From positions 32,001-96,000 of the IMG/VR virus record IMGVR_UViG_3300027801_000011: a stretch of 64,000 nt of DNA. One strand, written 5' to 3'. The notes beneath the pieces were generated by a model, which had not been told where the DNA came from, did no database searches, and saw only the letters and a program-made list of their open reading frames with translations. Every line of letters begins with the position of its first letter. Positions within the stretch are counted from its first letter, which is position 1. Origin of the DNA: a virus. Made by a program: the position numbers and the translations under genes. Below, in pieces: positions 57,991 through 64,000 of the stretch.

Positions 57991-59132
57991 AAAAATTCTG
58001 CTATGTAAGTAATGATTTCAAAAATGCTTGGAGAATATTTTTTGCCAATAAGAAGATGTTATGGGATACCTCTTGGGTAGACGAATCTGTTTTGAAGAGA
58101 TTCTTTGAACTTTATAATAAAGAGAATTCTGATCTGAAGAAGTACTCTCGCCCAGCTAACTGGTATCTTAATGACCTAGAACAAAAGGATACTTATTTGT
58201 TTCCTATGGCACAATCACATTTTAACGGTGCTGGCCAGAAGTATGAATATACAGAGGGGTTGCCTTCTCTTAAAGATATCTTATTAGAGAGAGCCGCTGA
58301 TATAAGGGATCAAGGAAAACCTATTGAAATATTGTATTCTGGTGGGATAGATAGTTCAGCTGTAGTTCTTGCTTTTAATGAAGTATGTCCCAAAGATCAG
58401 CTGAAGATTTGGATGGCAGGAGATCATTGCATTACCAACAACAAAAATCTTTTTGATAAAATTGTTAGTAATTTGGAATGGGAAATGACAACAAATCTAA
58501 ATGGTTGTTGTGACCCTAGTAAAAATGTATTCACATCTGGTAATGAAGCAGATAGATTGTTTGGTGCTGATGGTTACACTCAAATGATGGGACACTCAAA
58601 ACGAGATGAGAATAGTAAGAACGGATATAAGATACTAGGGCCAAATGAACCACCCACTACAGATCATCCAGACAACTGGCAGTGGAACCAAGACCGATGG
58701 TGGGGTATTACTAGTCACACATATCTAACACAGTCTTGGAGAATGTTACGTAATGTTGAATGTGATAAAATAGTTATGGATAATTTCCAGCCTTTGTTTT
58801 TTGATAAAAGAATATTACAGTATGCTATAAACATCCATATGGATGGAGAAATGAAGTGGTACAACTCTGGTCTATTGGCTGACCCTCAGAGATACAAAGA
58901 GGGCAAGATTTGGGTAAGAAATTTTGTTTATGAAATGTCGGGCGATAAAGAATATTCTTATAATATCGGTAAGACATTAACTACTGTATCAGATATAAAT
59001 GAAATGTTTAAGTTACCACTGGCTCCAGACTTTAATGTTCTTGGTGTTATGGACGATGGTACTGTTGTAAATAGAGACAATATGATGGAATATATGACCA
59101 AAGAACACACATTGTTCTCTAATGCTATATAA
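57987..59132 (+). CDS. asparagine-synthetase-like PP-loop ATP pyrophosphatase, copy 2
   Basis: ILYSGGIDSS, SGNEADRLFG; shares WDTSWVDE and NWQWNQ.RWWGIT with copy 1. Confidence 0.7.
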   Translation: MKKFCYVSNDFKNAWRIFFANKKMLWDTSWVDESVLKRFFELYNKENSDLKKYSRPANWYLNDLEQKDTYLFPMAQSHFNGAGQKYEYTEGLPSLKDILLERAADIRDQGKPIEILYSGGIDSSAVVLAFNEVCPKDQLKIWMAGDHCITNNKNLFDKIVSNLEWEMTTNLNGCCDPSKNVFTSGNEADRLFGADGYTQMMGHSKRDENSKNGYKILGPNEPPTTDHPDNWQWNQDRWWGITSHTYLTQSWRMLRNVECDKIVMDNFQPLFFDKRILQYAINIHMDGEMKWYNSGLLADPQRYKEGKIWVRNFVYEMSGDKEYSYNIGKTLTTVSDINEMFKLPLAPDFNVLGVMDDGTVVNRDNMMEYMTKEHTLFSNAI

Positions 59133-59141
59133 ATATAAATA
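59128..59141 (+). promoter_or_regulatory. tandem T4 late promoters
   Basis: TATAAATATAAATA. Confidence 0.7.
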
Positions 59142-59160
59142 GAACAAGAGGAGATTAATA

Positions 59161-59505
59161 ATGGCTTTTACATTAACTACAACGTCTGTCGCAGTTAGAG
59201 ATGACACAAGCACACCGTGGTTCCATGAAGTTGATAATGATGCAAGGACTGCCTTTTTAGCTTGGCGTGATACAAATTATATCGACACCAATAAAACTTC
59301 TGCATGGTCGGCTACTGAATCTGCTGATGAGACAACTCTTACTTCTGTACGACAATTTGTAGACAGGGATGGGATAAATGCATGGTTAGCGGAATCCAAT
59401 GTAAAAACTCAGATGGCTGCTCGAAAAGTGTATGAAGATGCAAACGGAATTACTAGAACAGGCACAAGGATGCTTTTAGGCAGTTACCTTGCTTTCTCTG
59501 GTTAG
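59161..59505 (+). CDS. small late protein homologous to C-terminal domain of adjacent kinase
   Basis: GAGGAG SD; R..TSTPWF..S.DE.TLTS...F.D..R..Y...NGI. Confidence 0.75.
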   Translation: MAFTLTTTSVAVRDDTSTPWFHEVDNDARTAFLAWRDTNYIDTNKTSAWSATESADETTLTSVRQFVDRDGINAWLAESNVKTQMAARKVYEDANGITRTGTRMLLGSYLAFSG

Positions 59506-59506
59506 T

Positions 59507-60415
59507 TTATTCAACAAATGATTCTATACCTTGTTCTTTATTATACTGAGACAGCAATTCTCTTCGTGCCACAATCACTGGGTCTTCTAGATAATCAATG
59601 TTGGCTGACTTGTCTTTAAATATAGTACGAGACGTTTTTGACAATCCATCCTTAGACATCATCGTATTGGTTGTAATCATTTTGCCAGTATCTCTATATG
59701 TTTCCATAATATGTGCTTTGTGATCTTCTGATTGCTCTGACCATTCTACATCAACACTTGGTCTAGTCTGGATCAGTATAGTCATATAACCTTTTACTTG
59801 AGCGTCAGTCATTTTCATTCGTTCAAATTTCTGTATAGCATCTGGTTCATCGTGACGCAGAAGGCCTCGCTCCTCTCGTATTCTAATAGAGTTAGCAATA
59901 GAAACTCTGTTCAATACTTCAACAACATCAATATCAATTTTCCAAGGGACATGCTTGTGGTAGTGAGTGAGCAATTCTTCTAGTCCATTCCAACCAATCC
60001 AACGGTGAACCATTCTAAATTCCCAGTGAGGATTACATTTGGATTTTGCTTCCCAATCTATTAGTCCAGTAAGATTTCCCTGCTCATCTACAAAAATATT
60101 CTGTCTCCACAAGTCTCCATGAATTATACACCGTTCTTCACCCAAAGGCCCTTTTAGTTCTGCTAAGTCAAACAAAGCATCTTCTATATATTCGTCTTTA
60201 GTTGCCATCGGCATTAAAGACTTTATTACAGAGTGCATTTGGTGTGGACGGATACCTTTGACTCTGAGATTGGTACTGTGTAATTCTCCCAACAAATTTC
60301 CAAGTTGCTCGTTGAATTTACGACTAGGCATTATAGGCCCACCCTTACCATAAGTATGAGCGAGCTGTTCGCCTGGCACGTGCTGGCCCTTTATCATTTG
60401 ATCTAAAGTAACCAT
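59507..60415 (-). CDS. aminoglycoside-phosphotransferase/choline-kinase-like protein with extra C-terminal domain
   Basis: LGELH, IHGDLWRQNI, GLIDWE. Confidence 0.8.
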   Translation of the reverse strand: MVTLDQMIKGQHVPGEQLAHTYGKGGPIMPSRKFNEQLGNLLGELHSTNLRVKGIRPHQMHSVIKSLMPMATKDEYIEDALFDLAELKGPLGEERCIIHGDLWRQNIFVDEQGNLTGLIDWEAKSKCNPHWEFRMVHRWIGWNGLEELLTHYHKHVPWKIDIDVVEVLNRVSIANSIRIREERGLLRHDEPDAIQKFERMKMTDAQVKGYMTILIQTRPSVDVEWSEQSEDHKAHIMETYRDTGKMITTNTMMSKDGLSKTSRTIFKDKSANIDYLEDPVIVARRELLSQYNKEQGIESFVE

Positions 60416-61086
60416 TCTTCTATCTCCTTGTAATTCGTAAATATTTCAGAATAATCTGGATAAGGTATTACTCCATCCTTATCTAATTCTTCATATGTAA
60501 CAACAGTATGCTCAAGTCTGGACATAAGCATGTTTGTGAATTCTTCTCTTGCCTTGTATTTATGCATCTGCTCGATTGAACCTGTAAAGGAATGTGGTTC
60601 TGGGGTTGTTCTCCATTCATAATTATACGTACAAAATTCTCTTGGAGCAGGATATCCAGGCATACTACAAAACATGGCCGTTTGTTCAAAACAAAAATGA
60701 GATACTTTATCGTGTTGTTGAAACCAAATTAGAGTGAAATCTTTCAGTATTTTCTCAGCAATGTCAAGTCTCTTTTCTACAGGAAGCTTCCATTTCTTGG
60801 GGGTATTGGTTAATTGTAATGGCATACACTTAACAACATATGGTAGGGGGAAATTGTGGAGATGATTTAGACGCACACGCATTTCAATATCTGTTAACAA
60901 ATCTTCATTAACATTCCAATTAATATCCACAGTCTTAGTTTTAAGCTCTGATTTTAGTTGGAGATTAACCATTTTGTTTCGGCCAAACCATTCATTACCA
61001 TTTACTAGGTCTTTGTCTTTAGCAAACTGCTTAAGAAAATAGTAAGAACCAGAACGGGGAGTACAGACGATGCAATATTCACTCAC
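60403..61086 (-). CDS. sulfotransferase-like protein
   Basis: CTPRSGSYY PAPS-binding loop, NEWF, VTYEEL, Y.EIF.NY.EI..W. Confidence 0.65.
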   Translation of the reverse strand: MSEYCIVCTPRSGSYYFLKQFAKDKDLVNGNEWFGRNKMVNLQLKSELKTKTVDINWNVNEDLLTDIEMRVRLNHLHNFPLPYVVKCMPLQLTNTPKKWKLPVEKRLDIAEKILKDFTLIWFQQHDKVSHFCFEQTAMFCSMPGYPAPREFCTYNYEWRTTPEPHSFTGSIEQMHKYKAREEFTNMLMSRLEHTVVTYEELDKDGVIPYPDYSEIFTNYKEIEEWLL

Positions 61087-61685
61087 TCAAACCACCCTTT
61101 AATCTCTTCAATATTTTCAAATTTCTTTTCATAGTCTATGCCCATCTTAATTGTTAACACAGTTTGCACAGTGTTATCAACCTCTAATCCATACTGCTCT
61201 TGTAGATGAGCAAGAGTACTTAAAGGATCATCTAGAAAATTCTCAAACGCTACTAGAGCTCCTTCATTGTGAGTATAATAGAAATCCCAGAACTGTTCTA
61301 GCTTAGTCATAAACCTATCATATTCTTCTTTGGTAGCTATGAGACTATTATCTTTAATCTCTGGCCTCTCAGATGCGTAATGAATGTGGTTGACTTTTGT
61401 TCGTAAACGTGTTATATGACTCAAAAATTGTGATAGTACGTCTTTTCTATACAACCAGATACAGGGAAATCCACTAATCATTTCCCCGAAGTGTTGATCT
61501 TCTGGTAGGTAGTGGGGAAGGATTTTAAGAAGGTGTGGTTGTGTTGCCCAGTTCTGCTCATCTATATCTTTATAGTCATTCTTCTTTAGCCATGAGGCAG
61601 GGTCATATAGTCCGAAGGTGTTGCAAAGGAACCTACGGAAATACGTGCTACCACTCCTAGACGTTGCAATTAACCCTATTCTCAT
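61083..61685 (-). CDS. sulfotransferase-like paralog
   Basis: ATSRSGSTY, LYRKD.L.QFLS, FENF, YEKKFEN..EI..W; start reset to 61685. Confidence 0.7.
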   Translation of the reverse strand: MRIGLIATSRSGSTYFRRFLCNTFGLYDPASWLKKNDYKDIDEQNWATQPHLLKILPHYLPEDQHFGEMISGFPCIWLYRKDVLSQFLSHITRLRTKVNHIHYASERPEIKDNSLIATKEEYDRFMTKLEQFWDFYYTHNEGALVAFENFLDDPLSTLAHLQEQYGLEVDNTVQTVLTIKMGIDYEKKFENIEEIKGWFE

Positions 61686-61701
61686 GTACCTATATATAAC
61701 T

Positions 61702-62175
61702 ATGAAAGTTATTGAATCTACATTCGAGGAAGTGTTTCCTGTCTGGCGTGACAGACTGTGGCCCAATAGGATTAGTGCAATTGAACCTATGAGTAGTCTG
61801 TGCTGGAGGCAACCAAAAGATATAATAAAGGACAGTTCGATATTCGATAAGTATGTCCCCAGTTTCTTTGCTTTGAAGATAGATGATGAAATTGTTGGAG
61901 TGAATAGTGGATTTAAAACAAGTGAGAAAGTTTATCGTTCTAGAGGATTGTGGGTAAGTGAACAACATAGAGGTAGGGGATTTGGCCAACTTCTTTTGTT
62001 ACAAGCAATAGTTCAAGGTAAAAGCGAAGACTGTCATTGGATATGGAGTATGCCACGAAAAACCGCTTTGGGGTCTTACGAGAAGGTAGGATTCAAAAAA
62101 AGAGGTAAGTGGATAGACCAAAAGGTAGAATTTGGGCCCAATTGTCTGGCTACCCGCCAGATAATATATAAATAG
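61702..62175 (+). CDS. GNAT acetyltransferase
   Basis: IVGVNSG, RSRGLWV...RGRGFG, WSMPR..A...YEKVGF; start reset to 61702. Confidence 0.85.
   Translation: MKVIESTFEEVFPVWRDRLWPNRISAIEPMSSLCWRQPKDIIKDSSIFDKYVPSFFALKIDDEIVGVNSGFKTSEKVYRSRGLWVSEQHRGRGFGQLLLLQAIVQGKSEDCHWIWSMPRKTALGSYEKVGFKKRGKWIDQKVEFGPNCLATRQIIYK
62167..62174 (+). promoter_or_regulatory. T4 late promoter for neck genes
   Basis: TATAAATA overlapping GNAT end. Confidence 0.75.
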
Positions 62176-62192
62176 AGGACAGGAGATAGTAT

Positions 62193-63011
62193 ATGGCCAT
62201 TCCAACAAGTAAGACTACTTTCAAAGAATACTGCTTACGCTCATTGGGTGATGGTGTTATTGATATTAACATATCAGATGCCCAAGCGGATGATCGAATT
62301 GATGAAGCGATTCAGTATTTCTCTCAATATCACTATGAGGGAATTGAAAGGATGTACTTAAAACATCTTATCACACAAGCAGATGTAACTAGAGCTACAT
62401 CTAACACAGCATCAACTGGAACCGATCCAGCAGATGACACTATTACTGCGAGTTGGTTAGAAGGTGGAAACTATATTCCTCTGCCAACTTCTGTCATTTC
62501 TGTCGTTCAAGTATTTCCTCTTACTGGTACTGGTACTGGGGCAAACATGTTTGATGCCCGTTATCAGTTACACCTAAACGAATTGTTTGATCTCTCATCT
62601 ACATCTGTTATTCAGTATGAGATGATGAAGAACAACCTAGATTTCCTAGAACACATTCTCATTGGTGAAGCACCTATCAGATTTAACCAACATCAAAATC
62701 GTTTATATATTGATGCCGATTGGTCTACTGATTTTGTTGCTGGTCAAGACTACATTGTTATTGAGTGTTTCCGAAAACTAGACCCAGCAACATTTACAAA
62801 TGTGTATGATGATGTTCTACTGAAACGATATGCGACTGCTCTTATTAAGAAACAATGGGGTGCAAACCTATCTAAGTTTAGTGGCGTTGCAATGCTAGGT
62901 GGTGTTACCATGAACGGTGAAACCATTTACTCCCAAGCGCTTGAGGAGATTACCAAGTTAGAGGAAACAATCTTCTTACACGAACCTCCAATACTTATGG
63001 CGGTAGGATAA
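62193..63011 (+). CDS. gp13: neck protein
   Basis: KEYCLR.LG..VI.IN, DRIDEA.QYF..YH, RFN...NRLYID, LKRYATALIKKQWG.NL.KF.GV.M.GGVT.NG. Confidence 0.95.
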   Translation: MAIPTSKTTFKEYCLRSLGDGVIDINISDAQADDRIDEAIQYFSQYHYEGIERMYLKHLITQADVTRATSNTASTGTDPADDTITASWLEGGNYIPLPTSVISVVQVFPLTGTGTGANMFDARYQLHLNELFDLSSTSVIQYEMMKNNLDFLEHILIGEAPIRFNQHQNRLYIDADWSTDFVAGQDYIVIECFRKLDPATFTNVYDDVLLKRYATALIKKQWGANLSKFSGVAMLGGVTMNGETIYSQALEEITKLEETIFLHEPPILMAVG

Positions 63012-63014
63012 AAA

Positions 63015-64000
63015 ATGGCCGTAAATAAACACTTTCACACCAGTGGGCGGACTGCTGTTACGTCAGAACAGAATCTATATGCTAACCTTGTATCTGAAGC
63101 AATTCAAATCCACGGGCATGATGTGTATTATCTAGATCGTACTCTTGTTGCAGAAGACACTGTGTTTGGTGAAGATTCTCTATCTAAGTTTCAAACACAG
63201 GTTCCTATAGAAATGTATATGGAAGACAATCAATCTGGATTTGCTGGCCAGCAAGAATTGATGAGCCAATTTGGTTTACAGAATTTGAGTGAGGCAACCT
63301 TTGTCGTAAGTAAGAATCGTTTTCAAGATAAGACTAAACAGATTACAATAGAGAGTGGAACAGACACTTCTTCATCTGGAGCAATTGAGATGGAGAGTGG
63401 AACGCTAACAACGCTAGACGGCGGGTTTCTTATTTCAGAGGCAGATGTTTCTGATTCCGACAGACCCCTAGAAGGCGATGCAATCTACCACCCTATCTTA
63501 AAGAAATTATTTGAGATCAACTTTGTGGATCATGACGATCCTTTCAATCAATTAGACAACAACCCTGTATATAAAATGCGTTGTCGTTTATATGAATACA
63601 GTTCAGAAGCACTGGATACTGGTATATCTGCAATTGATGCTATCGAAGATGCCTTGTCTACTGACACCCTTGGTTATCAAATTTCATTAGAACAAACTAC
63701 TGCTCAGAATGAACCATTCAGATTAGAATTATTTGCTGATAATGGTTTGATTGCAGATGAGGATGGCGATAATATTATAGGTGAGGATGACTCAACTTCA
63801 GTTGGTGAGAGTATTCTTATGGAACACAATATCGATACTGGTCATGGAGGCTGGTTAATTTCAGAGGACTATATAATAGGAACAGGTGGTGTAAACACTA
63901 ATAGTGTAGATAAGTCTGCACAAAATGAATTATTTGACGAATTGGATGATACGATCTTAGACTTCTCTGAGAAAAATCCATTCGGTGATGCTGGGAGTAG
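63015..64000 (+). CDS. gp14: neck protein (3' end at window edge) with acidic insertions
   Basis: Manual translation: EQNLY.NLV.E.IQIHG.DVYYL.R, FGED..SKF, IEMY, RPLEGD.IY.P, LFEI.FV.H..PF.QL, LDFSEKNPFG. Confidence 0.9.
   Translation, partial: MAVNKHFHTSGRTAVTSEQNLYANLVSEAIQIHGHDVYYLDRTLVAEDTVFGEDSLSKFQTQVPIEMYMEDNQSGFAGQQELMSQFGLQNLSEATFVVSKNRFQDKTKQITIESGTDTSSSGAIEMESGTLTTLDGGFLISEADVSDSDRPLEGDAIYHPILKKLFEINFVDHDDPFNQLDNNPVYKMRCRLYEYSSEALDTGISAIDAIEDALSTDTLGYQISLEQTTAQNEPFRLELFADNGLIADEDGDNIIGEDDSTSVGESILMEHNIDTGHGGWLISEDYIIGTGGVNTNSVDKSAQNELFDELDDTILDFSEKNPFGDAGS

Noticed and set aside
56827-59132. QueC (7-deazaguanine synthesis) call for the SGGIDS proteins
   Set aside because: Too long, no C-terminal Zn-binding Cys cluster, and the GNEADRLFG motif matches the asparagine-synthetase branch; the radical SAM gene is SPASM-type, not QueE
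56827-62175. Bona fide lasso-peptide cluster
   Set aside because: No leader peptidase, RRE or precursor peptide recognised
1-64000. Strict avoidance of GCGC and CCWWGG, CRISPR arrays, introns/inteins, stop-codon recoding
   Set aside because: Unflanked GCGC (2602, 31441) and CCAAGG (11275, 16959) exist; no repeat-spacer array; core genes are uninterrupted under the standard code

Overview
64 kb segment of a large T4-like (Tevenvirinae/Kyanoviridae-type) myophage, probably marine. The sigma70 promoters carry the extended CTTGAC -35 typical of Alphaproteobacteria, which hints at the host (inference). Order: gp32 SSB region; a minus-strand tail block (tape-measure-like protein, gp51, gp26, gp54, gp2, gp4); gp48, gp53 and a gp27-like hub; an early-promoter island of small ORFs with IscA, gp41 helicase and several 2OG-Fe(II) oxygenases; baseplate and fibre genes (gp5, PAAR, gp25, gp6, gp7-like, gp9/10-like, gp8, VrlC-like, fibre); a ~14 kb cluster of tailoring enzymes; and neck genes gp13/gp14. 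Main hunt results: (1) GGWCC appears absent window-wide, while CCWGG and CCGG survive only where overlapped by GGC/GCC, a footprint of a sequence-specific anti-restriction DNA modification. (2) A T-TTT-TTC slippery site would fuse gp26 to gp51 by -1 frameshift upstream of the tape measure, like lambda G/GT. (3) Two promoter-driven, ORF-free, highly structured RNAs (~245 nt and ~92 nt). (4) An origin-like patch of phased repeats and hairpins. (5) A paired-paralog modification-enzyme cluster next to Ser/Thr-rich fibres. All motif counts are manual scans and all family calls are from recognised motifs, not database searches. No tRNA, rRNA, CRISPR or mobile element was recognised.
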